A stretch of 64,000 nt of DNA from a virus (lineage: Duplodnaviria; Heunggongvirae; Uroviricota; Caudoviricetes), in IMG/VR virus record IMGVR_UViG_3300031420_000399. One strand, written 5' to 3'. The translations under genes and the position numbers were made by a program. Below, piece by piece: positions 16,324-25,176 of this stretch; position 1 is the first letter of the stretch; each line of letters opens with the position of its first letter. Below the pieces are notes generated by a model. The model worked only from the letters and a program-made list of their open reading frames with translations. It did no database searches and was not told where the DNA came from.

Positions 16324-16884
16324 ATGGGAAAGAGAGCGCAGAGAGCGACCGGAATCACGGTCTCAGCCCTCGCAGTGGCCATGCTCATCAGCGGGTTCAC
16401 TCCCGGCGGAGGATCGCTGAACGACTTCTCGATCAGCTCAGATGACGGAACGATCCAGGAAGATGCGGCTCCCCGTGCCTACAATGAGCTCACTTCAACC
16501 CGTGGCATCGGTAAGCCTGAAGCTCACTCCGATAGCACCATGAGCTCCGATCCCTGGGAAACAGCTGCTAGAGCTCCAGGTCGATCAGTCGCCAGGGATT
16601 CTCATGGGAGCTACTACCTAGCAGACCAGCTCCTCCTTCGGACACAGAAGGGCGTAGAGCCAAAGGCCTTGATCTCTGAGCTCCCTCCCGGGAATCTGCA
16701 TATAGCTGCCAGCGACGGAGCGCACCGGGAGTACCGGGTACTCCTCCCTGAGGCCCTTTCGAAGACGGAGCTCCAGACGGTCGCAAGTGGCTGGGAAGCC
16801 CATCCATCAGTAGAGAGCGCCAAGATCATCGAGCTCGCCCCGCTGAGGGACTCTGATCTCATCGGCGATGGATCATCGGCCTAA
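16324..16884 (+). CDS. secreted protein (186 aa)
   Basis: SD GGAGAG; N-terminal signal-like segment ITVSALAVAMLISGF. Confidence 0.55.
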   Translation: MGKRAQRATGITVSALAVAMLISGFTPGGGSLNDFSISSDDGTIQEDAAPRAYNELTSTRGIGKPEAHSDSTMSSDPWETAARAPGRSVARDSHGSYYLADQLLLRTQKGVEPKALISELPPGNLHIAASDGAHREYRVLLPEALSKTELQTVASGWEAHPSVESAKIIELAPLRDSDLIGDGSSA

Positions 16885-16984
16885 GGGCTCAACTGCGCTT
16901 AGGAAGGCAGCTGAGGGCAGTAGCCTCAGAGTAGGCTGCTCGCAGGAGGCTCCCTCTTCAATTTCTGCGGCGAAATCGATGAAG

Positions 16985-17012
16985 TTGCGCTTATGTCACA
17001 TAGTTTTAGGAT
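16985..17012 (+). promoter_or_regulatory. promoter: TTGCGC-16-TAGGAT upstream of secreted paralog S1
   Basis: about 70-nt leader to TTG 17090. Confidence 0.5.
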
Positions 17013-17089
17013 GAAAATGGTCAATCATCAATGTGAATGTGTGATATGGGCATCTATCTACTTTCGTACTTCCTCTTGGAGCCACCACC

Positions 17090-18244
17090 TTGAACAGAAA
17101 GTCCCCTCACGCGCACAAGGTCATCATCGGTGCCCTCGGCGTGGCCATCGTCCTTCCCTTCCTCATCTCTCCGGCCTCAGCAGCTTTCGACAGCGGAACC
17201 TTCCTTGTCCACGCTCAGGATCAGGCTCAGCCCAAGTTCCACGAGGCCTACGCGGGGATCAAGGGGACCAAGTCCGGTGATACTGGTGGCACACCTGGCA
17301 CACCTGGCGGCGACACTGGGGACAGCTCAGCTACACTTGCAACCTACACGGCTGGATCGCTCAGCCTCAAGATCACTCAGGCCATGCTCGACTTCTCCGC
17401 GGCCAATGTGAAGGCACAGGAAGAGGGTCGTACCGAAGATATTAAGACCGATCCCTCCGGCTGGCAGACGATCTGGTTCTACGACAATGATTCGGGCGAT
17501 GCTACTCAGTCGATGCCTGCAGCTGACGCTTCCAGCATCGACATGATCTTTAGCAGGGAATCTACAAAGCCCAGCCCTGACTCCCTCTACAATCGTATCA
17601 GCAACAACATGGTTGCTCAGTACAACCAGTCCCCAGGAAGTAATTCGATGACCGACGGAAGGGTCGCTCCGAAGGCTGACAATCTCTATGCCTATAAGAA
17701 GGCGGCAAGTGGTTACAGCAATGAGCTCAAGGAAGGCCGATACATCTCTGAGGATGGTAAGCTCGTAGCTGTTGAAGTTGACGGCACCGGTGACGGGAAC
17801 TACCAGATCAACAGGAAGACATCTCCTACAGATGCGACTCCAGTCCCAAGTGACACTAAGCCCTACGATCTCATCCTCTCGAACCGTGGAGTTGAGTCCT
17901 TGAGCATTAGACTCAAGGCCACCACAGATGGCTACGATCAGCTGTGGATTCAGGGAAATGGCACTCAGATCCGCTTCGGCAAGTATGCTAGCGTAGGCCC
18001 CTACGGCATCAATGTAGACGATGCCGTGAGGCGGCATGGCCCTGTCTCACTGAACCTTGACGGCGATGGTAACATCACCAGCTTCCTCTACGCTGACGCT
18101 GATGGTCAGAATCAGTATGTGGGAGATGAAGGAGCTACTTACACAGTAGCTGACTACAACTCGATCACCGGCCAGGACTGGGATGGTAGCTACCCCAAGC
18201 TCTCCGATTTCGACACCGACAAGCCCTTCGAGCCCAAGGGTTAA
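17090..18244 (+). CDS. secreted paralog-family protein S1 (384 aa)
   Basis: TTG start (TTGAACAG); signal peptide cleavage site PASAAFD; Gly/Thr/Pro linker; C-terminal motif YNSITGQDWDGSYPK...PFEPKG. Confidence 0.65.
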   Translation: MNRKSPHAHKVIIGALGVAIVLPFLISPASAAFDSGTFLVHAQDQAQPKFHEAYAGIKGTKSGDTGGTPGTPGGDTGDSSATLATYTAGSLSLKITQAMLDFSAANVKAQEEGRTEDIKTDPSGWQTIWFYDNDSGDATQSMPAADASSIDMIFSRESTKPSPDSLYNRISNNMVAQYNQSPGSNSMTDGRVAPKADNLYAYKKAASGYSNELKEGRYISEDGKLVAVEVDGTGDGNYQINRKTSPTDATPVPSDTKPYDLILSNRGVESLSIRLKATTDGYDQLWIQGNGTQIRFGKYASVGPYGINVDDAVRRHGPVSLNLDGDGNITSFLYADADGQNQYVGDEGATYTVADYNSITGQDWDGSYPKLSDFDTDKPFEPKG

Positions 18245-18260
18245 TTTCTTCCGGGCTATT

Positions 18261-18315
18261 GCAAAGGAGCATGTGAGCTCGTTCAATCGCTCACATGCTC
18301 CTTTGCTGTTTCGTG
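18261..18315 (+). terminator. terminator: 18-bp perfect stem GCAAAGGAGCATGTGAGC/GCTCACATGCTCCTTTGC, tail tgtttcg
   Basis: between S1 and S2. Confidence 0.65.
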
Positions 18316-18368
18316 ATATGGCTGTTCAAGTTCGCCTAACCAGCATCCGTTTCGATCAGGAGATCCAC

Positions 18369-19508
18369 TTGAACAGCAATCAGGGTAGATCCAGGCTCAT
18401 CGCTCTCACAGTGGGCTGTGCACTCGCAGTCCCCCTCCTTACTCTGCCCGCTTCAGGGGCCGTCTCAGATGGCAAGTTCAAGGTCCACGCTTGGAATTTG
18501 GACACGCCTAAGATCGAAGCCTATGCCGGAAACAGTGGCACCGGAAGTGACGCCGGTGGAAATCCTGGTGGTGGAACAACAGATCCCGATCCGGGAGAGG
18601 CCCTCGCTTCCTTTAGGAGTGGCCCACTGAGCATCACCGTGACAGACGATATGCTTGCCTTCTCTGAAGCCAACAGAAAAGCCCAGGAGGAGGGTCGTAC
18701 CGAAGACATCAGGACCCACTCCGATGGCTGGCAGACCATCTGGAGCTACGATGCGACCTCTGGTTCGATCGTCCCTGGGCTGCCAGACAAGAACACCATC
18801 TTAGTGGTCCTAGCAAAGAATTCTCTCCAGCCATCGCCCGGGGACGCCGTCAATGGCACCGGTGGGCAGATCACGGCTGTTTACCTGAAAAATGCGGATG
18901 ACTGGTACAGCATTTCAGATTACAGGAAGACTCCTAGCCCCGGCGTGAGCTACTACTATGCTGTCTCTGGAAATTACTACGGCGAGAGTCGCTACTTCTC
19001 CGAAGACGGAACGCTCGTTGGGGTCAATGTGGCCCATCAGAACGACGGCTCCATGACGGTCAATCGCCAGGACGATCCCACCAAGTTTACGAGCTACCCC
19101 AAGAGTAACTCTAAGCCCTATTCCATCAGATTCGAAGATGGACAGCCGACTGACATGAACATTCTGCTCAAAGATTCGAGCAAGGGCTACAATCAGATCC
19201 AGGTCCAGAAGACAGATTCTAGTATGTTCAATATATACTACAGGAACTACAAGGGCCAAACGCCAGATGGCCAAAATGACATGGACTATGGAACGAGGAC
19301 CGATGGCCCTGTTAGCCTGATCATCGATGGGTCAACTGGGAAGATCGCCAATTCTGGATATCGAGACAAAAATGGGAACATGCAGAGCACGGGTGCGCTC
19401 AGCGGCGTCGCCGAGTACAATCAGGTGACAGGCCAGAGCTGGGATGGGAAGTACCCGAAGTACTCAGACTTCGACATAAGCATTCCCTTCGAGCCCACAA
19501 AGCCATAG
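18369..19508 (+). CDS. secreted paralog-family protein S2 (379 aa)
   Basis: TTG start in the same TTGAACAG context as S1, with SD AGGAGA; C-terminal YNQVTGQSWDGKYPK...PFEPTKP; track ORF 18183 extends upstream across the terminator. Confidence 0.6.
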   Translation: MNSNQGRSRLIALTVGCALAVPLLTLPASGAVSDGKFKVHAWNLDTPKIEAYAGNSGTGSDAGGNPGGGTTDPDPGEALASFRSGPLSITVTDDMLAFSEANRKAQEEGRTEDIRTHSDGWQTIWSYDATSGSIVPGLPDKNTILVVLAKNSLQPSPGDAVNGTGGQITAVYLKNADDWYSISDYRKTPSPGVSYYYAVSGNYYGESRYFSEDGTLVGVNVAHQNDGSMTVNRQDDPTKFTSYPKSNSKPYSIRFEDGQPTDMNILLKDSSKGYNQIQVQKTDSSMFNIYYRNYKGQTPDGQNDMDYGTRTDGPVSLIIDGSTGKIANSGYRDKNGNMQSTGALSGVAEYNQVTGQSWDGKYPKYSDFDISIPFEPTKP

Positions 19509-19519
19509 AGCCTGTCAAG

Positions 19520-19571
19520 CTCGCCGCTTGATTGTGCTAAAGTTGGAACTCCTGCACAATCAAGCGGCGAG
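19520..19571 (+). terminator. 18-bp perfect hairpin CTCGCCGCTTGATTGTGC/GCACAATCAAGCGGCGAG with 16-nt loop, no U-tract
   Basis: between S2 and S3. Confidence 0.45.
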
Positions 19572-19714
19572 GGGTCAGCGTCCCTAAGTAGGGGGAACTA
19601 CCCTGGTCTGTGGTTCTGGCTGAGCTCATCTAGTAGGAAATTGCTATCCCAGATCACGATGCTTCAAGCTACATTGCGATATGGAAGCTGGTATCTACAT
19701 GTAGGAGCATCAAG

Positions 19715-20824
19715 TTGGAAAAGTTCTCTCAGCGCACAAAGCTCGTCTGCTCTCTGGTCGGTGTAGCTTTAGCTGTTCCTCTTCTAGTTGCCCCAGCCTC
19801 TGCCGCCCTAGATGGCGGTCATTTCTATATCCATGCTCAAGACTTTGACAGTCCTAAGCCCCACGAAGCCACCGCTGGACTCGGCGGTTTCAAGGCAGAT
19901 GAAGGCTCTGAGGGCACTGCTCCGGCTGTCACTCTAGCTGACTACAGTTTCGGCCCTATGAAGCTCACTGTTACCGACGCCATGGTGAACTTCGACAAGG
20001 ACAATCGCGCCGCATCCTCACCTACTACCACAGCTGATGGATGGCAGGGGCTCTACAACTTTAATTCCGCGACAAGCCCCAATGTAGTACCAGGTTGGCC
20101 TACGGACGGCTCGAAGCCGAGCCAGTTCTACCTGACCTCTGGACTCACCACCCCAAATCGAACAGCTGCCTATCCAGAAGGTGTGATAGCCTACGCGAAG
20201 TCCTATGACACAAGCTACACGGCAATGGATTCGAGGAATCCGAGCGCAGGTAAGGCCTTCTATTACTACTGGTCTAAGGCTTTCAGCTCGACGAGTACTG
20301 ACAGCTTCACTGAAGGTCGCTACGAGCAAATCGATGGAAGCCTAGCTGCCACTAGGGTCGGAACTCAGAGTGGGGGCGTGAGTGTCAACCGCTACGAGTC
20401 TGCCAACAGTGGTAAGCCAGCTCTGAGCGACAGCTACCCTAGCACTGTTAGCGTCTCCACCGACGGCAACCGCACTGCCGTTATGACTTTCAAGAAGACC
20501 ATCGACGGATACAACTACGCCAACTACAGAAAGAATGCCGACGGTTCTGGCAACATATCCTATTCCTACTGGAATGGAGCGATGTCGAGCTACGGAACCA
20601 TCACCGGAGTCGGTGCCCCATCCCGTACGAACGGCCCCACGGCCGTCCAGTGGGACAGTAGTGGAAACATCGTCGGACTGAGCTCTCCGGGGAAGACCAT
20701 CACCGCTCCTTTTACGGCAGATCATTACAATGAGATCACGGGCCAGAACTGGGATGGTTCTTACCTGAAGCCTGCTGATGTTAAGCTCGATGCACCATTC
20801 GAGCCTACGAAGGCTACCAGGTAG
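19715..20824 (+). CDS. secreted paralog-family protein S3 (369 aa)
   Basis: TTG start with SD GTAGGAG; signal peptide ...PASAALD; C-terminal YNEITGQNWDGSYLK...PFEPTKATR. Confidence 0.65.
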   Translation: MEKFSQRTKLVCSLVGVALAVPLLVAPASAALDGGHFYIHAQDFDSPKPHEATAGLGGFKADEGSEGTAPAVTLADYSFGPMKLTVTDAMVNFDKDNRAASSPTTTADGWQGLYNFNSATSPNVVPGWPTDGSKPSQFYLTSGLTTPNRTAAYPEGVIAYAKSYDTSYTAMDSRNPSAGKAFYYYWSKAFSSTSTDSFTEGRYEQIDGSLAATRVGTQSGGVSVNRYESANSGKPALSDSYPSTVSVSTDGNRTAVMTFKKTIDGYNYANYRKNADGSGNISYSYWNGAMSSYGTITGVGAPSRTNGPTAVQWDSSGNIVGLSSPGKTITAPFTADHYNEITGQNWDGSYLKPADVKLDAPFEPTKATR

Positions 20825-20921
20825 CTTCTCATAGGTGCGACTTAAGTTGAACCACTGATTAGTATTTCAGCTTCCTAGGGTACGATACGGTTGCAAAGTT
20901 AAACCATTCAAGGAGTAGGAC

Positions 20922-22142
20922 TTGGTTAGATTCTCAAACCGGGACAAAACTGTTGCCGGTGCACTCGGAATCCTAGCTGTGGGAGCTGTGCTCTTCAGCC
21001 TTCCCGCGTCTGCCGGAACCGGTGGCGATAGTTTCTTCGTTCACTCTCAGAGTGGCGTGGCTACTGCTAAAACCTTCGACGGCTACGCTCCGCGAATGCC
21101 CAAGGATGGATCGACTTCGCAGCCCGGTGGGAATAGCGGAGGTTCGGATCCGGGTAGCGGTAATACAGCCAACCCTACTCCAAGCCCTACGGGTGCTCCA
21201 ACGACACAGCCCACTCAAGCTCCAGCCCCCGATCCAGTTGCTCTGGCCGGCTACAAGTGTGGACCCATGAGCCTCTCGGTTACCGATGCCATGCTGCAGC
21301 ATGACCGGGACAATCGGGCCCTCGTCACGGCTGGAAAACCCGATCAGGTACGCTCAGGCTCTGAAGGCTGGCAGTCCATGGTTCACAGTCTCACAGGGCA
21401 GTCGTCGGTCATCGAGGGCGCCCCAGCAGACAGCAACGCTGCTAGGCTCTCCCTACTTCGGCTGAGCTCGACCATGAGCCCTTCGGATAGTAGCGCGCTC
21501 TTCAGTAGCACGATTGCCTCACTGAATAACACTACTTCAGCTTGTGACATCTTCGATGCCCGCATCCCACAGCTTGCTGGCAACGACTACAGATACCAGT
21601 GGAGTGGTACGAGCACCTACAGTGAGTCTCGCTACATCAACGAGGGAGGTTCCCTCAAGGGTGTCACCGTCAGTAAGAACAATGGATCGACCACCGTGGA
21701 TCGTGTCGTCCCAGGTTCTCTTCAGCCCATCGTCAGCGACACGCTACCCTACAGCTACCAGTCGAGTTCCACTCGAGACTACGCGAGCATTGCCTACGCC
21801 ACCACTACCGATGGCTACAACGGTGGAACCTACACTCTGAATCCCGATGGTTCCGGCACCATTCAGTACTTTTACTGGGACCAGAAGAGCTACTCTGCCA
21901 CAGGAACACCTACCGGTCTTTTGACTGCTAAGCGACTTCTCGGCCCTACACGGATCACCTTCGATTCTTCCAGTATTACTGGACTACGCTACGCCGACAG
22001 CAATGGAGTCGAGCGGTCCCTCACCTCTCCTTACACTGTGGCTCATTACAACCAGGTTACCGGCCAGAACTGGGATGGCAAGTACACCAAGTTCGGTGGA
22101 GTCAGTAAAACTATCCCCTTCATTCCAAAGGCTAACCGGTAG
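20922..22142 (+). CDS. secreted paralog-family protein S4 (406 aa)
   Basis: TTG start with SD AAGGAG; signal peptide ...PASAGTG; Pro/Thr-rich linker; C-terminal YNQVTGQNWDGKYTK...PFIPKANR. Confidence 0.65.
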   Translation: MVRFSNRDKTVAGALGILAVGAVLFSLPASAGTGGDSFFVHSQSGVATAKTFDGYAPRMPKDGSTSQPGGNSGGSDPGSGNTANPTPSPTGAPTTQPTQAPAPDPVALAGYKCGPMSLSVTDAMLQHDRDNRALVTAGKPDQVRSGSEGWQSMVHSLTGQSSVIEGAPADSNAARLSLLRLSSTMSPSDSSALFSSTIASLNNTTSACDIFDARIPQLAGNDYRYQWSGTSTYSESRYINEGGSLKGVTVSKNNGSTTVDRVVPGSLQPIVSDTLPYSYQSSSTRDYASIAYATTTDGYNGGTYTLNPDGSGTIQYFYWDQKSYSATGTPTGLLTAKRLLGPTRITFDSSSITGLRYADSNGVERSLTSPYTVAHYNQVTGQNWDGKYTKFGGVSKTIPFIPKANR

Positions 22143-22148
22143 TTCCTG

Positions 22149-22177
22149 TTGCCTTCTGAGCACTACTGCGTTAGAGT
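22149..22177 (+). promoter_or_regulatory. promoter: TTGCCT-17-TAGAGT, leaderless ATG 22185
   Basis: 7 nt gap. Confidence 0.55.
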
Positions 22178-22184
22178 TGTCTTC

Positions 22185-22676
22185 ATGACAAATACTCCAA
22201 CGGTGTCCGCAGGCGCCGAAGCCCTCGCTGACAGATTCAAGGCCCTCCTCGCAGTCGGAGGTAACGGTGCTGTAGAGGCTGATCTTCCCAATGGTACCCC
22301 TCGCCGAGGGGTACTCGTGGGTCCCATCAAGACCTGGTGGGGACGCATCGACTCCCCTGAGTACGCGGCCTACGATGCCTGGCGCGAACTCGTTCGGGCC
22401 GAGCTGATCCACAACGGCTGCCTGATCTACTCACCCCACCGGGCCTGGTCGGGTGGCTGGCACGAGTCGGCACAGCGAGTCAACGACATGGCCATCATCG
22501 AGTCGGATTTCATCGTGGCCATCACTCCTCCTGATGTTGACGCAGTGGGTACGGCCGCAGAGGTCGCCACCGCAGAGGCCAACGGTGTGGCCGTGATCTA
22601 CGCTCCTCCGGGTGGACTCGATGAGATCGAGAAGCTCCTCGCAGATGTTCGACAGGTTCCCCGTCGAAACAGCTGA
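22185..22676 (+). CDS. nucleoside 2-deoxyribosyltransferase-like (Rossmann-like) protein, 163 aa
   Basis: leaderless ATG 7 nt after TAGAGT (22172-22177); block ESDFIVAITPPDVDAVGTAAEVATAEANGVAVIY resembles the NDT-family active-site region. Confidence 0.5.
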   Translation: MTNTPTVSAGAEALADRFKALLAVGGNGAVEADLPNGTPRRGVLVGPIKTWWGRIDSPEYAAYDAWRELVRAELIHNGCLIYSPHRAWSGGWHESAQRVNDMAIIESDFIVAITPPDVDAVGTAAEVATAEANGVAVIYAPPGGLDEIEKLLADVRQVPRRNS

Positions 22677-22695
22677 CAAAACTTTGGCCGTGGAG

Positions 22696-22725
22696 TTGAC
22701 ATCTGTAGCTCCTCGGTCATAGGAT
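22696..22725 (+). promoter_or_regulatory. promoter: TTGACA-18-TAGGAT, leaderless ATG 22732
   Basis: 6 nt gap. Confidence 0.6.
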
Positions 22726-22731
22726 AGAACC

Positions 22732-23019
22732 ATGACGAACACCGCAACCTCCACCGCTCTCATCAACGACTCGACTCGTACCAAGAGTGCTGCCTTCATC
22801 GCTCGCAAGCTCCAGGCTGCTGAGCGATCCATCCGCGAAGCTCGCGCTTCGATCCAGGAGGCCATCAACTTCACCGAGTCCAACGAGAACGAGCCGGAGC
22901 TCAAGACCTCCACCATGAAGGCGCTCATCGGCTCCCTGGACATCACCTCGACTCCCCTGGGCATGGAGGTTCGAACCTGGGAGCAGAACACCGCGGCCCG
23001 TCGCTCCAACCAGCGCTGA
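22732..23019 (+). CDS. hypothetical protein (95 aa)
   Basis: leaderless ATG 6 nt after TAGGAT (22720-22725), -35 TTGACA. Confidence 0.55.
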   Translation: MTNTATSTALINDSTRTKSAAFIARKLQAAERSIREARASIQEAINFTESNENEPELKTSTMKALIGSLDITSTPLGMEVRTWEQNTAARRSNQR

Positions 23020-23104
23020 TCCACACCGCTCTCAACCGGGGAGCGTCGCCGCGACCAGCGTTTAGGTTCTGCTCAAATCTGCTAAAAATTTTTCGCCTCT
23101 CGAT

Positions 23105-23134
23105 TTGACATCGCTCAGCTCCTCGGTATACGAT
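23105..23134 (+). promoter_or_regulatory. promoter: TTGACA-18-TACGAT with AT-rich upstream (aaaaattttt) (ATG 23189)
   Basis: perfect -35 and UP-like A5T5 tract. Confidence 0.55.
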
Positions 23135-23188
23135 TACCTCATCACCGCAACACACCACCGTCCACCGCCACCACGAAGGAAACGAAGC

Positions 23189-24340
23189 ATGTCGATCTAC
23201 ACCGACTTCGCGGATCGCCTCGACGAAGAGAAGCTCGAGCGCCGCGCTGGCACTCGCAAGGGGACGCTGATCCTCGCCTCCAACGAAGGTGGCAACCCCC
23301 TCCTCGGCATCCAGTACTCCTGCGACTTCCGCTACGAGGAAGAGGCGGGATCCGGCAACATGGCCGAGATCTTCACTCGTACCGGTGCTGCCAACAACTT
23401 CTTCTCCCAGGAATACCTCCTCAAGGAGGACAACAAGGGACTCCTCGAGGGCGTCCAGCAGATCGACCTCGTCATCGAGACGGATCAGCTCGTCGGCTTC
23501 GCCGCTTCGTCCCGAATCTACGACATCCAGCGAGAGCTTGCCTCGGGGCTCAGCCAGGCTCGCAAGGGTGACGAATGGGACAGCGGTAAGACTCAGCTCG
23601 GCTGGAAGTTCAATCGCAACACTGTCCCTGAGCTCAAGGCCCTGGCCAAGAGCCGCGGACTCAAGGGTTACTCCAAGCTCAAGCGCGAGGATCTCGTTCG
23701 AGCCATCGTGGGCTTCGACACGGCACAGACCGAGCAGGAGCCCACCGAGCGCTACACTCAGTCCGGCGGCTTCCACAACGGCGAGGTCCTGGTCTTCGAG
23801 AAGCTCCCCGGACTCTTCACCGAAGTCCTCGAGAAGCTTGTAGAGGCGGCCAAGGCCGGTCAGCTCGTCGTCGGCTCAGGTGGCGGAGGCCCCTTCGGTT
23901 CCGGATTCAGCTTCTTCGACGCCCGTGACCTCACCGATGAGGCCAAGGCGAAGATCACCGACTACAACAGCTGGTACCAGCGACAGCGCGAGGCTCTCAA
24001 GCCCGTCGCCGAGGTCGTGAAAGCCGGGCCCATGGGAGGCGCCTACTCCCTGGGCCATCGGATCATCTCCGGCGAGAACGGCGAGGCGCGCTACTGGCTC
24101 AACGGCTATAGCGTGCGGATGCCCAACGGCCGCAGCGCGCAGCCCTCCGGCTACTACACGCTCCAGGAGTTCCTCGATGAGAAGTACATGGAGGATGCTC
24201 GAATCAGTTCGGACAAGAGCTTCAAGCGCTACAACCAACAGGGCAACACTCGCCCGGCAGTGCTCAGCGATGACGAGGCAGAAGCCGAGCTCAAGTCCCG
24301 CGGTCTTCGCTGGGCCTCGAAGCCCATGGCGGATGACTGA
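23189..24340 (+). CDS. protein with internal Rho_N/SAP-like motif (383 aa)
   Basis: SD GAAGGAAA; motif VPELKALAKSRGLKGYSKLKREDLVRAIVGF; track TTG start 23105 lies in the -35 TTGACA. Confidence 0.55.
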   Translation: MSIYTDFADRLDEEKLERRAGTRKGTLILASNEGGNPLLGIQYSCDFRYEEEAGSGNMAEIFTRTGAANNFFSQEYLLKEDNKGLLEGVQQIDLVIETDQLVGFAASSRIYDIQRELASGLSQARKGDEWDSGKTQLGWKFNRNTVPELKALAKSRGLKGYSKLKREDLVRAIVGFDTAQTEQEPTERYTQSGGFHNGEVLVFEKLPGLFTEVLEKLVEAAKAGQLVVGSGGGGPFGSGFSFFDARDLTDEAKAKITDYNSWYQRQREALKPVAEVVKAGPMGGAYSLGHRIISGENGEARYWLNGYSVRMPNGRSAQPSGYYTLQEFLDEKYMEDARISSDKSFKRYNQQGNTRPAVLSDDEAEAELKSRGLRWASKPMADD

Positions 24341-24363
24341 TCAGCTGATCACAGCATGATCCC

Positions 24364-24408
24364 AGGGGCCTGAATAACTCAGGCTGTTCAGGCCCCTCCT
24401 AAAACTTT
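24364..24408 (+). terminator. 11-bp stem AGGGGCCTGAA/TTCAGGCCCCT with nested inner pairing, A/T-rich tail
   Basis: after gene 23189-24340. Confidence 0.5.
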
Positions 24409-24442
24409 ACAGAGACTGGGATTCCGGGTCGAGCGGCCCGGT

Positions 24443-24629
24443 GGATGTGGTGTTCAATCGCCGCTCCCCGGAATCCCATCATACGAGGCGACGACATGCG
24501 GAGTGGTGTCCGTTGTCGCCTCTGGGTGAGATGAGTCCCTCGCACGGATGTGGTGTTCAGCGAGGTGAGGCCCTCCCCACATGGGGCGGTTCCGAGAACG
24601 GATGTGGTGTTCTCTCTCGGAACCGCCCC
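24443..24629 (+). repeat. iteron-like cluster: GGATGTGGTGTTC x3 (24443, 24546, 24600), degenerate GGAGTGGTGTCC (24500), and two hairpins
   Basis: the third repeat lies in the loop of a 15-bp perfect stem GGGGCGGTTCCGAGA/TCTCGGAACCGCCCC (24583-24629); 8-bp stem GAGGCGAC/GTCGCCTC (24485-24522) encloses the degenerate copy. Confidence 0.55.
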
Positions 24630-24658
24630 ACTTCTTTGCACCCTGTGAGTAAGGACAC

Positions 24659-25039
24659 ATGAAGTCTGCCCGATATGGGCTCACCATGAAGGACACCGCC
24701 ACAATCACCACGCTGCCCCGCCATCCCCATCGCGGCTACCAGCGCTATCGAGAGTGGATACAGGAAAGACATCCCTGGCTTCAGATAGCCAACAAGATCC
24801 TCATCGCCATCGCAGGTGTGGTGGTCATAGCCGTGGGCATCGTCCTCATCCCCCTCCCCGGACCGGGCTGGCTCATCGTCTTCTTCGGGCTCTCGATCCT
24901 CGGCCTCGAGTTTCCTCCCATCCAGCGCTTCACCCGCTGGATTCTCGACAGGCTGAAGCCGCTCTGGAGAGCTGTTCAGCGTAGGCTTCCAGCACGCTTC
25001 AGTCGCTCTAGAGTTGTGCAGCCCTCAGAGCCTCGCTGA
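24659..25039 (+). CDS. PGPGW-motif transmembrane protein (126 aa)
   Basis: motif LIPLPGPGWLIVFFGL between two hydrophobic helices; SD AAGGA. Confidence 0.65.
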   Translation: MKSARYGLTMKDTATITTLPRHPHRGYQRYREWIQERHPWLQIANKILIAIAGVVVIAVGIVLIPLPGPGWLIVFFGLSILGLEFPPIQRFTRWILDRLKPLWRAVQRRLPARFSRSRVVQPSEPR

Positions 25040-25176
25040 GCCCCTAGGTTTTCTGCTTGAACATGCTCACGGTTGCAGCGTCTCGCCGCCTTAGGATACA
25101 TCCTTCGGCCAGTCAGTAGTGGCTCAGCCCTGTAGCTGTTAGAACATGGTTCATAGACTCCAGCAAAGGAAGCACC

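Noticed and set aside
20891-20921. TTGCAA...TAGGAC promoter-like motif directly abutting the TTG start of S4
   Set aside because: The spacer is 19 nt, the -10 does not fit TANNNT, and a start site here would fall after the start codon. AAGGAGTAGGAC is better explained as the Shine-Dalgarno sequence.
22943-23776. 277-aa minus-strand ORF
   Set aside because: Antisense to promoter-equipped plus genes, low-complexity translation and no expression signals.
24443-24612. Possible CRISPR array (repeated 13-mer)
   Set aside because: Only three short repeats with irregular spacing (103 and 54 nt), no regular spacer-repeat periodicity and no cas genes.
24441-24711. Small ORFs (73 and 85 aa) inside the iteron-like region
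   Set aside because: They are composed of the direct repeats and hairpins themselves. Non-coding regulatory DNA is more likely.
25073-25097. TTGCAG-13-TAGGAT upstream of gene 25177
   Set aside because: The spacer is too short for a sigma-70-type promoter. The gene has a good Shine-Dalgarno sequence and may be read from an upstream start.
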